IMG/VR virus record: IMGVR_UViG_2910170622_000001
Location: 33,789-97,788 of that record
Length of the DNA: 64,000 nt
From: a virus
Strand: one strand, 5' to 3'
Made by a program: the position numbers and the translations under genes. A model generated the notes under the pieces. The model saw only the letters and a program-made list of their open reading frames with translations, made no database searches and was not told the origin of the DNA. Below, in pieces: positions 18,873-28,008 of the stretch; within the stretch, counting starts at the first letter, position 1; every line of letters begins with the position of its first letter.

Positions 18873-20341
18873 GGATGGTACGAGGCTGCAATAATCTGCA
18901 AAGAGTTATCGTCAACTAATTTAAACACGTTACTTGTGGTTGTGGTTGGCGTAGCCATATCGCTGTTTAAGTCGTATTCGTTTACTGACAGCTCAACGTT
19001 ACCTTGCTTGATGGCGTTAAAGAAGTTTGAATTAGATGGATCGTTATTGCGGTTGTTGATGTCAGCCTCCCACACGACATCCCCGACTAGGTTAAAGGTT
19101 GAGTCGTTGCGGCGATCGACCAGCAACAGATCACTAAGGGGCTGGGACAGTGGTGCATCAGGCAAATTGCCAGAGCGATCGACCGACACTAGCGAGAAGC
19201 TACCTGTGCTGATGTTTCTCACGACTCCATTGTTGTTGACCTCTCGATCAATTGTTTCAATACGCGATATGACCAAGGCTCGCTGATCACCACACAGATA
19301 AGTTTCCCAGAGGTCATACCGTCGCTGCTCGGTGAAGGTCTGACTGTTTACCGTTTCAACGCGAGTAGTGCGGTCGATCGTCGTCGCTGCTTTCTGCAAA
19401 TCAGGCGCAACGTAAACGCTGCCTGTGTGTCTGTTGTCTGATAGACCGTCAACTACTAAACCATTGACGATGATCTGAGAGCGATTCCAGTCGGTGTTAC
19501 CTACTGCTACTGCGATCGCCTGATCCCAGAATGCAAACCCTTTGTTAGAACTAGATCCGGTTGTTAAACTCGTCTGATTATTGATGTCAGTCCCGTTGGT
19601 GACGCTGTTTAAACTACCACTGAGCACCGTTGGGGTAAGAAGTGTGTAAGTTGCATTTGACGGGGTGCCAGACTCGCTAGATGTTGATGTTTCTCCATAG
19701 ATAGCGCCAATGATCAAGGGGTTGATTGTGGATGAAGCAATTAGAGGGCTACTCCAGAAGCCGCTACCCCTTGCTTCTAGATAAGAGTTTTCGCGGCTTG
19801 CTCCTAAGCGCATCTCTCTGGCTGGTGTTAAATTAACGACGGTGGTTAATGGCTCCAAGCCTGCATCTTGACCGTCCCGCCATGCGATGCCAACAACCCA
19901 GTCATCGGCATCTACCCCGGTATTCGTCAGACTAGAAGCCCGTATATTGGCGGAAAGTGGCAGCGTGAAGATTTGATCAGGCGTTTCTCTGTCACCACCA
20001 ATGAAAAAGACCAGATCGCCATCAATCACGCGACTAAACAGGATTTTAATTTGACCTGTTAGCACAGGGTTAAGCTTCGGTCGCACCTTCAGGAAGGCAC
20101 CTGGCAAGTTAACAACCGTCTGCGGTGCCGTGCTACAAAATGCCCAAGCACCCTGTAAAGTTTTCACCACTGTCACTGTGCCACTGTTAACTTCAGTCGC
20201 GCACCGTGCCCGTATCGTCGCATTAGAGTTAGGAATAGATACATCGATCGTGTCTCCTGGTCTGCCCAGTCTCAAGGCACGACCGATCACGGTTTCCTGT
20301 TGTGTGGCAAGGGCTTGCGCGATCGCGGCTTTTAGATCCAT
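18869..20341 (-). CDS. Putative virion structural/tail protein
   Basis: 490 aa, Ser/Thr beta-rich, within the tail region; function inferred from context. Confidence 0.55.
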   Translation of the reverse strand: MDLKAAIAQALATQQETVIGRALRLGRPGDTIDVSIPNSNATIRARCATEVNSGTVTVVKTLQGAWAFCSTAPQTVVNLPGAFLKVRPKLNPVLTGQIKILFSRVIDGDLVFFIGGDRETPDQIFTLPLSANIRASSLTNTGVDADDWVVGIAWRDGQDAGLEPLTTVVNLTPAREMRLGASRENSYLEARGSGFWSSPLIASSTINPLIIGAIYGETSTSSESGTPSNATYTLLTPTVLSGSLNSVTNGTDINNQTSLTTGSSSNKGFAFWDQAIAVAVGNTDWNRSQIIVNGLVVDGLSDNRHTGSVYVAPDLQKAATTIDRTTRVETVNSQTFTEQRRYDLWETYLCGDQRALVISRIETIDREVNNNGVVRNISTGSFSLVSVDRSGNLPDAPLSQPLSDLLLVDRRNDSTFNLVGDVVWEADINNRNNDPSNSNFFNAIKQGNVELSVNEYDLNSDMATPTTTTSNVFKLVDDNSLQIIAASYHP

Positions 20342-20373
20342 GACTCTATTTTGCGCGAAACTTGCACGATGAC

Positions 20374-20559
20374 TTAGTCAAAAATAATTACTTCTTTCAG
20401 GCTTTCAATAGCCGCAGTTTTGGCACGCTTGAAGCACCGAAGAAAATAATGAGCGTCTGCCACGCTGCCAAATTCAGCAGTCAATAAAAAATTGGCTAAG
20501 GCATTATCACAACAACTTAGCCAAGCCTCTAACCAAATTAAGTCGTCATCATCATTCAT
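20374..20559 (-). CDS. Hypothetical protein
   Basis: ATGA-coupled to 20556-20855. Confidence 0.5.
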   Translation of the reverse strand: MNDDDDLIWLEAWLSCCDNALANFLLTAEFGSVADAHYFLRCFKRAKTAAIESLKEVIIFD

Positions 20560-20855
20560 ACTTTGACAGGCTTGATTGAGCTTTCGACCGCTTTAATCAT
20601 GTTTGTTTCGCTCACAACGCCTTGCAAGTTAACAATGACGTTACAAACTTGTTGAGCGGTGCCTTCACGCAGCGCTAGCAAGTAAGGAGGATTTAGCCGT
20701 CCGGTACTCATCAGCCAGTTGAGGTTGTTTGACGCTTCAAAGAGTTCAGCGCCTAGTTCTTCTCTTAATGTGCCGCACATATGAAACACGTTGCGAGACT
20801 TCTGCCCTTTGTACTGGTTGCCAAACAAAGTCAATTTAAGGTCGTTAGCATTCAT
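20556..20855 (-). CDS. Hypothetical protein
   Basis: 99-aa ORF with RBS; operon context. Confidence 0.6.
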   Translation of the reverse strand: MNANDLKLTLFGNQYKGQKSRNVFHMCGTLREELGAELFEASNNLNWLMSTGRLNPPYLLALREGTAQQVCNVIVNLQGVVSETNMIKAVESSIKPVKV

Positions 20856-20907
20856 CTGTTTTTTCTCGCTCTCTACCCTTTTAGTATGTCAGGTATAGAT
20901 AAAAGCG

Positions 20908-21105
20908 TCAACCACTTTTAGAAGATTTGTTTGACGCTATTAGAATCACATCGCCATCCGCGATCGCGTCTAGCAACTGTCCAGTAGAACCTTCGCCATT
21001 ATACGTGTAACCAAGAGTTAAGGCTATCTGCTTGAGTTTTTCACCTGTAGATGGCGCTACTCTGGCGTGTAAATTTGCGCGATCGAGCTTCTTTCTGCCT
21101 GCCAT
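20908..21105 (-). CDS. RHH-type DNA-binding protein
   Basis: MAGRKKLDRANLHARVAPSTGEKLKQIA...STGQLLDAIA. Confidence 0.65.
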   Translation of the reverse strand: MAGRKKLDRANLHARVAPSTGEKLKQIALTLGYTYNGEGSTGQLLDAIADGDVILIASNKSSKSG

Positions 21106-21245
21106 TTGCGTAAACCAGATATTATAATAGTGGTGTACAGATTTAAGGCTAACACGGCAAATGATGTGCGATAAAAACTTTCTGCACCTTTGAGCTTTTC
21201 TGGATGATCAGGGGCATGGTAGTAGCGTCCCCTACCCTTACCCTC

Positions 21246-21719
21246 GTGAGCAAGAATCAACCGCTAATCTTGGCAGCATTGTTGGCAGTCATCAGCATCA
21301 GTGGATGCAGCACGGCAAAAGCACCGGAGCCGATCGCCTCGACCACGCCAGAGACGATCGCGCCCTCTCCTACCTCATCACCTGAAACGTCTCCTAGTCC
21401 GACTGAAGCGGCAAAGCCTGCGAAGGACAGCAACATCGGCAAGGTAGACGCTACAGGCACAACGGTAGTGGTTGATGTACCTGATAACCCAGTGTGCGAC
21501 CCTGAGACAACGCAGACGACTAAAGAAGTGTTTGAGACTTGCTTGATCGAGAGCTTAACCTTTGTGCAGGCTAGCAACGTGATCGGGTTCAAGGGTGAGC
21601 TTGTCAGTCAAGCAGGCACAACCGAGATTAGGAAGTGGACGGCTAGAGGTGACGGTGTTATTTTTGCCACGTTCAGCGATGGCAAGCTGGTCAGCAAGTC
21701 GCAATCTAATCTTGAGTAG
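21246..21719 (+). CDS. Lipoprotein, paralog of 9724-10173 (start uncertain, GTG 21246 assumed)
   Basis: Lipobox ISGC; shares CDPETTQTTKEVFETCLIE and FVQASNVIGFKGEL with the first copy. Confidence 0.75.
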   Translation: MSKNQPLILAALLAVISISGCSTAKAPEPIASTTPETIAPSPTSSPETSPSPTEAAKPAKDSNIGKVDATGTTVVVDVPDNPVCDPETTQTTKEVFETCLIESLTFVQASNVIGFKGELVSQAGTTEIRKWTARGDGVIFATFSDGKLVSKSQSNLE

Positions 21720-21721
21720 GG

Positions 21722-22273
21722 TTAGACGATCGCGGCATCAAACTGGCACTCGGCAAGGATGTTGTTAAATCGCTCTACCTGTTCAGCGGTAAAGTCGTCC
21801 TCTCCTAGTGCTAGGCGTAATTGCGCGATCGCAAACTCAAAGTCTTTCCATCGCCCCATGTCGTCAGCAGGACTGTTACTGTTCAGTGATGCTAGCAAAA
21901 GACTCCATGCACCAGGGGCAGAAGTTGATGCTGAGTAGGCTTTTGAGAACAAGTCAGAACTGCGGAGCGCATCTGTCAATTTCTGCCAGCGTGGAAATGT
22001 TGCGCCATCGACAAACGGTGGTTGCTCTGCCTGGTATGCGGTGTAAGCGGCTTCGTATTGCTCAACTTTACTTAGGTAGGTGTCGCCATCTGTCCACGGC
22101 AAGTCAGCACCCATCATGCCCACAGGATAGATAACAACGTGTTCTGTATCAGGCGTATACTCACGACCGATCGCGCCGTTCGGTAGCACGTAACCCGGTT
22201 CTTGTAGCTGCCAGAAGGCTAGCGGCAGAGTTAAATCATCCAATGTGATCTGATTGTCGCGGTGGCGAAACAT
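21722..22273 (-). CDS. Tail-fibre-associated hypothetical protein
   Basis: Last gene of the minus-strand fibre operon; position. Confidence 0.55.
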   Translation of the reverse strand: MFRHRDNQITLDDLTLPLAFWQLQEPGYVLPNGAIGREYTPDTEHVVIYPVGMMGADLPWTDGDTYLSKVEQYEAAYTAYQAEQPPFVDGATFPRWQKLTDALRSSDLFSKAYSASTSAPGAWSLLLASLNSNSPADDMGRWKDFEFAIAQLRLALGEDDFTAEQVERFNNILAECQFDAAIV

Positions 22274-22276
22274 AGG

Positions 22277-22972
22277 TTATTCCAAATCAGTAACTGTAAG
22301 GTTGTCAATAAAGCCTGTGTAACCGCGAGCGGTGATGCCCTGCGCGAAAAGACGACCAACGCGCCCGATCGTCAGCGATTGTATCCGTCCATTGCCAGTG
22401 ACTGGGGCTGTCCCATTAGCCAATCCGTTGAAGTAAATAGTGGCTACAAGCCCCACAACTTCAAAACGAACTCGTGTCCAAGTAGACAGCGTTAAGCCTG
22501 TGTTCGAGTAGAAGTCGAAATAGACCGTACCGGCATTGCCATCACGAAGCGAGAATCTGACTTGGTTGCCCAACGATTGTTCTACTTCCAGCAGCAAATC
22601 AACAGCAGGGGTGTCGCTGACGATCGAGAAAATCTCACTTGTCCCAGGCGCATCACCCGGCGAATAGCCTGTTACGTACAAGCCAACTTCGATCGAGAAA
22701 TCCCCAATAAGCGGGTAGTTCCAAGCGAACTGTAAGTAGTCAGGATCGCCGTTCAGTTTCAACGATGACCCGCCGCTAACACTTTGCAGCGTGCTAATTT
22801 GAGCCGCGCCAAACCCAGTCACAGTGCGGTTATAAGATGAGGTGTCAGTAAAAACTGTGCTGCCATTGGCACCATTGAAAAGCAACTCAAGAATAGTTGT
22901 GCCTCCGCCTGGTGCTGGTGCTGCTACCTGAACAGAAGCGGCGATCGCGCCTAAAACGCCTTGATGGATCAC
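22277..22972 (-). CDS. LamG/concanavalin-A-like lectin-domain tail protein
   Basis: LLFNGANGSTVFTDTS...GDFSIEVGLY...TWTRV...IYFNG...YTGFIDNL pattern; GTGA coupling. Confidence 0.75.
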   Translation of the reverse strand: MIHQGVLGAIAASVQVAAPAPGGGTTILELLFNGANGSTVFTDTSSYNRTVTGFGAAQISTLQSVSGGSSLKLNGDPDYLQFAWNYPLIGDFSIEVGLYVTGYSPGDAPGTSEIFSIVSDTPAVDLLLEVEQSLGNQVRFSLRDGNAGTVYFDFYSNTGLTLSTWTRVRFEVVGLVATIYFNGLANGTAPVTGNGRIQSLTIGRVGRLFAQGITARGYTGFIDNLTVTDLE

Positions 22973-23301
22973 GCTACCAAGTCTCCAGATAACCACCAAA
23001 CGTTAAGCTCGGTTTGCTGTAGCACCGCAGGAGAACCAATTACTCTTGATTTACGCTTGTTATCAGGTGAACCCAGAAAAACGTTTGAAGCTGGCGAAAA
23101 AGTTAGTTGCCCAGCACCGACAACTAGAACCGGGATTTGTACACCCACCGGGAAAGGCACCACACTGTTTAGCGGAATCGTAGCGAGTGCTGGACTGCCA
23201 CTGTTAAACACCACACCGCTCACTTCTTGACCGATCGCGAACGTAAACGGACCTGTCTGTATTGACGGTGGGATATAGGTTGTAACCTTGATACTTGGCA
23301 T
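22969..23301 (-). CDS. Small virion structural protein
   Basis: AGGAGG RBS; VPFPVGVQIPV...GAGQLTF...WWLSGDL is typical of fibre-associated beta domains. Confidence 0.6.
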   Translation of the reverse strand: MPSIKVTTYIPPSIQTGPFTFAIGQEVSGVVFNSGSPALATIPLNSVVPFPVGVQIPVLVVGAGQLTFSPASNVFLGSPDNKRKSRVIGSPAVLQQTELNVWWLSGDLVA

Positions 23302-23312
23302 TTTCCTCCTTG

Positions 23313-23465
23313 CTACTCTGTGTAAAAAACAATGCCATTCACTTCGATTTCAATGCCTGACATCGCAAACGAAACCCAGTCCTCAACATAGAAATCAAAA
23401 CCATAAGGTTGTTCAACAACAGCAACACCGAACCCAGCAGGCTTGATAAACAATGGCATCGGCAT
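23313..23465 (-). CDS. Small hypothetical protein (50 aa, below ORF-track cutoff)
   Basis: ATG overlaps the fibre stop (TGATG) and the ORF fills the gap to the next RBS. Confidence 0.5.
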   Translation of the reverse strand: MPMPLFIKPAGFGVAVVEQPYGFDFYVEDWVSFAMSGIEIEVNGIVFYTE

Positions 23466-26400
23466 CAGGCGTACCCTTTTCCTAAATCACATTGCAGCGT
23501 CGTACCGTCATAACTGCGGCAACTCAGGAGATCAACAGCACTACCCGCGATTGATAGTGGCGGTGCCGTTCCACTGGAGAACTTATAAGCCGTTCCGTAG
23601 GACAAAGAGCGGGTGCCCGTAGAATCTTGAATCAGCTTGACCTCAAAGTTAGTGCCGATCGCTAAGTTAGTTGGATTAGCAAGTGTTCTGTTGCCTGCCA
23701 GAGTCACCTGATAAAGGTTGCTCAGAGAAGCATCAAGGGAGATCGTGGTGTTATCGATCAACGTTGTGACGGTCGCTTTCTGAGCCTTTGCCCATGACTG
23801 TTCGAGGTTGGTGGCAGCAGCAAACAGCACAGAGCCATTGCTAGCCTGCCTCCACACAAGTTGACCAAGTTTGTTGTATAGCCGAATGATGTCTGCCGCT
23901 GTTATCGGATCAGTGCCGACACTGGACAAGCCTAGATTTACGGTGTCGTTGACCGTACCGGGTGCTCCAGGGGCACCTTTAGGAGCAAATGATAGAGTAA
24001 CGTTGCCTGATAAGGTGCCGCTGCTGGTGACGTTGGTAATGGCAAACGTGCGATCGCTGCCGTTGTCCGTCTGGCTAGTTAGCAGTGCATACACATAAGC
24101 GGTGGGGTCAGCTTCGTCAAAGATTAGCAGGGTTGAACCATCACTGATATTGTTTAGCGTCAAACTGGCAGTGATGTTAAAGCGATCGCTCTCGCTGACG
24201 TAAAGCAGCGTGGCGCTGTTGTAGGCAACGTTGTTAAGCCTTAGCTGCCCAACTGTAGGGGTAGGGGCAGTGGAGGTGCTGAACGAGTAACGCACACCAA
24301 ACCCTGAGATACCATCAAGACCGTTGGTGCCAGTCGTGCCTGGTGCGCCTGGTGTACCTTTCAGCAAAAGGCTCAAAGACACGTCTGATAGATCGATGAA
24401 GGCACCGCCGCCGCCTGCGTAGGTAACGTTTAGGGTGCGATCGCTGCCGTTGTCTACCTGACTAACAAATGAATAGTAGTGATAGACGGACTGATCAGAA
24501 CTACTGGCTAAGAGCAGCAAACTGCCAGGGGTGAGCGTGTTTAGGACTGTAGCGACGTTGTATTCAGCGCGATCGAACTCGCTGACGTAGATTGCGGTGG
24601 CACCGCTAGGCGCTGCACTGTTGAGCCGCAGCGATTGGCTAGCAGGCGTTGGTGCTGTAATGCTGCTGAAGGTGTAGCGCAGCCCTGCAACTTCGCCTGA
24701 AGCGCCAACTGTACCGGGCATCCCGCCGGGCACTACTAGAGCATTAGAAGCGATCGTTTGACCTGTTGCTGCATAGTCACTACCGTTATCAGTCGATCGC
24801 TCAAGCGTCAGTGTGTTTGCCGTCTTACCTGTCAACAGATAGCCGCCGCCGCCCTGCACAAAAAGCGGTTGGAGAATGCCGAAGATAGCCGTGTTGGGAA
24901 CGCTAACGACAACTAACGCACCAACCGGAGGCTGTACATAACTTGCAGTGGTGAGCGTATAACCCTTTGCGCCTGCGATCGCGTCTGCTAAATCAGTCGT
25001 AACCTCCTTGAGGCAACCCAATGCCGGATCATGGCTGATTGCTGATAGTTGCGTGTTGCCTGCGGGGTAATGATTGGCGATCGCTACTTCATAGCTGCCT
25101 GCTGCCAGATTACCGCCTGTGCCTGCGGTGACGGTGGCGATCGTGGGATTAGCGAACAGGCTAAAGGTCGTGTCAGGGTTAGTCGGTAAAGCTCCAACCG
25201 TGCCTGCGTTGGTAGTGATGACAAAGTTGAGTGTCGTCAGACCCGCACCCACTGTCACCAGTGCCGTTTGAGCGGTGATGGTGCCACTGAAACGTAAATA
25301 AACCTTGAGGTTTGGCACGTTGTAACCTGCTGCCAGTCCTGCAATCACATCAGGATAGTTAGCCCGAATCAGTGCAGGTATGGTGATGCTGACTGAGAGT
25401 GTGCCACTAGCGCCGACCGAGACAGGGGCAAAGAAAGCGCCCGGTGTTGCCGTGCCTGAAGCGGTAGAAACGATCGCACGGATGGCTTCGATCGACTCCA
25501 GCATATAGCCCGGTGGCTGCACTACGATCTGACCGCGAGAAGTGCCGCTAATGACGACCTTTTGCCCAGCAGTGTTAGGCGCTAAACCCGTAGCCGATCG
25601 ATTAGCTGCCCGAAAGAAAATGTAAGAAGAAATCGACGCTGCCCCAGGTAGGGACACAACGCTGTTAGAGCCTGGGATAACCCGCAGATATTCATCATTA
25701 ACACCGACTGCTGACAACCGAGACTCTGCACCAAAGACCCCATTGCCAGTGATGAATCCTAATGGGTTATAAGTACCTACCTCGCCTGCGGGTCCAAAGC
25801 TGAGGGACGGTGTTGACCCATCTCTGAGTGCAGCTATCTCGTCGCTGCGGAAGTTTAGATAAAACTCGTAGAGGGCACCGTAACCGCGATCAAGGAACTC
25901 AGGAAAGAACAGGTTACTTTCTGTACGTCCGTCCTTTGTGTCAAAAATCAGTACTGGAATTGCAGAAGCAGCAAAAGTCGTGTCTAGCGTGCCGTCGAGC
26001 TTCCTAAACTTACCCAGATAGCGAGCGTAGATCTTGTTGCTGAAAGCGGTGGATTGATCCACATTGTCCAACAGCATCGAAACAGCGATCGGTGCCAATG
26101 CTTCAATCGCGTTGCCTCCGTCTTCTACCAACTCGTTGAGGTAGCAAAGCCTGAGCGGTGTGGAGTTGCCACCATCGGCTGCATACGGGAGCGATCGCAG
26201 TACATCTGCTGGGTTGATCTCAGTGATGGCATTATCAATCCCACCATCAACATTTGTCGCAGTGCCGATGTAAGTTGTGAAACCATTCGCTGCACCAACC
26301 CAGGGGTAATAATCTACCCAATAGCCAGGGGCACTGAGTACTACGCCTGTTGTCGCTGTGGAGTCGTAGCGGAGATATTGACCCGTCGCAGTGACTAGCC

Positions 26401-26842
26401 GCACCATGCCGTTCAATCTGTCGCTGCCTGTAGGGAGTGCAGCGATCGTGGCGACACTGGCAGAGAGTGCGATATGGGCGTTAGTGGAAAGCTCTAAGCT
26501 GCGTGGTAGTGAAAGCTGCGTGGTTTGATCGATCGCGAGCAATGGAATCGCGCCCAACCTCACCATCTGCGCTACATCATTCGTGGTTGACCCGCTAACG
26601 ACGATCTCGTGAACACTGCCTAACTCGCCACTGGCTAAGGCTGAAGGGGTGACAGTGACGACAATCTTTTGTCCTGCGGAATAGGCGATCGGGGTAATAG
26701 CGCTATGGAGTGATAAGCCACCTCTCGTTCTGTATTGAGTCGATAGGTAAAGGGTGCTAGATGTGGAAAGGCTACCACCTGAAGCGGGGGCGATCGTGAT
26801 GCCTGTGGGGATGGATCTACAGGTGCCGTAAAGAGAGGGCAT
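23465..26842 (-). CDS. Tail fibre / receptor-binding protein with collagen-like spacers
   Basis: 1125 aa with G-X-Y triplets flanking two internal repeated domains and a C-terminal fibre domain (ISLDASLSNLYQVTL). Confidence 0.8.
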   Translation of the reverse strand: MPSLYGTCRSIPTGITIAPASGGSLSTSSTLYLSTQYRTRGGLSLHSAITPIAYSAGQKIVVTVTPSALASGELGSVHEIVVSGSTTNDVAQMVRLGAIPLLAIDQTTQLSLPRSLELSTNAHIALSASVATIAALPTGSDRLNGMVRLVTATGQYLRYDSTATTGVVLSAPGYWVDYYPWVGAANGFTTYIGTATNVDGGIDNAITEINPADVLRSLPYAADGGNSTPLRLCYLNELVEDGGNAIEALAPIAVSMLLDNVDQSTAFSNKIYARYLGKFRKLDGTLDTTFAASAIPVLIFDTKDGRTESNLFFPEFLDRGYGALYEFYLNFRSDEIAALRDGSTPSLSFGPAGEVGTYNPLGFITGNGVFGAESRLSAVGVNDEYLRVIPGSNSVVSLPGAASISSYIFFRAANRSATGLAPNTAGQKVVISGTSRGQIVVQPPGYMLESIEAIRAIVSTASGTATPGAFFAPVSVGASGTLSVSITIPALIRANYPDVIAGLAAGYNVPNLKVYLRFSGTITAQTALVTVGAGLTTLNFVITTNAGTVGALPTNPDTTFSLFANPTIATVTAGTGGNLAAGSYEVAIANHYPAGNTQLSAISHDPALGCLKEVTTDLADAIAGAKGYTLTTASYVQPPVGALVVVSVPNTAIFGILQPLFVQGGGGYLLTGKTANTLTLERSTDNGSDYAATGQTIASNALVVPGGMPGTVGASGEVAGLRYTFSSITAPTPASQSLRLNSAAPSGATAIYVSEFDRAEYNVATVLNTLTPGSLLLLASSSDQSVYHYYSFVSQVDNGSDRTLNVTYAGGGGAFIDLSDVSLSLLLKGTPGAPGTTGTNGLDGISGFGVRYSFSTSTAPTPTVGQLRLNNVAYNSATLLYVSESDRFNITASLTLNNISDGSTLLIFDEADPTAYVYALLTSQTDNGSDRTFAITNVTSSGTLSGNVTLSFAPKGAPGAPGTVNDTVNLGLSSVGTDPITAADIIRLYNKLGQLVWRQASNGSVLFAAATNLEQSWAKAQKATVTTLIDNTTISLDASLSNLYQVTLAGNRTLANPTNLAIGTNFEVKLIQDSTGTRSLSYGTAYKFSSGTAPPLSIAGSAVDLLSCRSYDGTTLQCDLGKGYA

Positions 26843-26899
26843 TTAGAACGTTTGAAAAGCTGTTTCTATTATGCCCTTGCCTATTCGGTTTGATGGTTT

Positions 26900-27205
26900 T
26901 TATAAGTTCTTGAATGCGATTATTTGCTCTTTGTAAATTGTCAGGTATTTATCGATCGCGGCTTGAACCATCTCAGGATCATTCGGATGCTCTTTATTTA
27001 AGCGGGTTACTAGCAGCCGCCCAAGACCTGAAAGTTCCCCTTCCACATCAGCATCAGACTCACCTTTTTTTGTGCTGGCATAGGCTATGGTGGCAAACAT
27101 CCCAATAAAACCCATGTAGGCATCAAGATTAATGATGGCTTCCTGCTCTTGCTGAGAGGGTTTGCCGTTGAGCATGTCGTTCAGAAAATCGCTACCGCTT
27201 GTCAT
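26900..27205 (-). CDS. Hypothetical protein
   Basis: ATGA-coupled ORF. Confidence 0.55.
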   Translation of the reverse strand: MTSGSDFLNDMLNGKPSQQEQEAIINLDAYMGFIGMFATIAYASTKKGESDADVEGELSGLGRLLVTRLNKEHPNDPEMVQAAIDKYLTIYKEQIIAFKNL

Positions 27206-27384
27206 CGAAAACCCCCTACACGGTTAACAGTTGAAGCCCCATCAGGCAGTTTAATCTTAGCGGTCAGATTACCGCTTCGCCGTCCCTCCAGGTAACTGCC
27301 GCCCGATCGCGGGTCGCTTAACGTGGTTCTGAAAGTTGTGCGGGTTCGGGCGATCGCCTGGATCATTGCCTGTCTAACATCCAT
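27202..27384 (-). CDS. Hypothetical protein
   Basis: Coupled ORF in operon. Confidence 0.5.
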   Translation of the reverse strand: MDVRQAMIQAIARTRTTFRTTLSDPRSGGSYLEGRRSGNLTAKIKLPDGASTVNRVGGFR

Positions 27385-27388
27385 TTAT

Positions 27389-27838
27389 TTACCTAACAAC
27401 ACCGTATCTCTCATTGTGCTTTCGTTGAACGCAGTCGTGGTAATTGTCTTGAGTTGGTTTGTCTACCCATGCGGTGTCGATCGCTTGCAATTCTTCCAGC
27501 AGTTTTTGATAGCGCTCAGTTTCGTGAGGGAGCAACAACTCTTTTGTTTTGCCATCGTTAAACGTTTCTAACTTGCGGCGCAAGTAGGCTATGGCTGTAT
27601 TTAGCCCGACCGCTACAGCTTCTTCTGGGGTATCGGCGCAACACATATAGCGGGAACCAATTTCAAGCGCAACATACCAGCAAGTTGTGCCAGTCCCCCA
27701 GCCTTCGTGCGTCAAATAGTAAGATCTTGCCTTGTACAACAAATCCCACTTAAAAATGTAGTCAAAGCAATGCACATCTTGCTTGCGGATAATTTGCTCG
27801 TGGTATTGCCACCAAGATAAGTTCTCGCTGTTAGCCAT
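27389..27838 (-). CDS. Hypothetical protein
   Basis: 149-aa ORF in operon. Confidence 0.6.
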   Translation of the reverse strand: MANSENLSWWQYHEQIIRKQDVHCFDYIFKWDLLYKARSYYLTHEGWGTGTTCWYVALEIGSRYMCCADTPEEAVAVGLNTAIAYLRRKLETFNDGKTKELLLPHETERYQKLLEELQAIDTAWVDKPTQDNYHDCVQRKHNERYGVVR

Positions 27839-27876
27839 TTCGTTTGCCTACTGGTGGGTGTGCCATGATTATCTTA

Positions 27877-27991
27877 CTGATGGTCGCCAAATGGTAAAGG
27901 TGCCAGAATACTGGTTTGGGTACAGGGTCGCACCCTGAAAGGTTATGCCGGAGTAGCTCCCACGTTGCAGATTCAAGTCCTGCCCCTCAGA
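27877..27991 (+). ncRNA. Atypical tRNA-like RNA (acceptor, D and T arms retained; enlarged multi-hairpin core)
   Basis: Acceptor CTGATGG/CCCTCAG (6 of 7 pairs), D arm GCC-AAATGGTAAA-GGT, T arm GCAGA-TTCAAGT-CCTGC; intergenic; TG-C-CATGAT extended -10-like box at 27861-27869. Confidence 0.7.
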
Positions 27992-28008
27992 CTTGCTGAC
28001 AGGATTGT

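Noticed and set aside
18869-26842. Invertible tail-fibre switch or diversity-generating retroelement
   Set aside because: No invertase or reverse transcriptase, no flanking IRs and no TR/VR pair differing at adenines; the lipoprotein duplicates differ at all base types.
27877-27991. Canonical tRNA, tmRNA or hammerhead/theta ribozyme
   Set aside because: No 7-nt anticodon loop at the normal position, no G3:U70 or tag ORF, and no CUGANGA/GAAA core or HDV-like fold that I could build.
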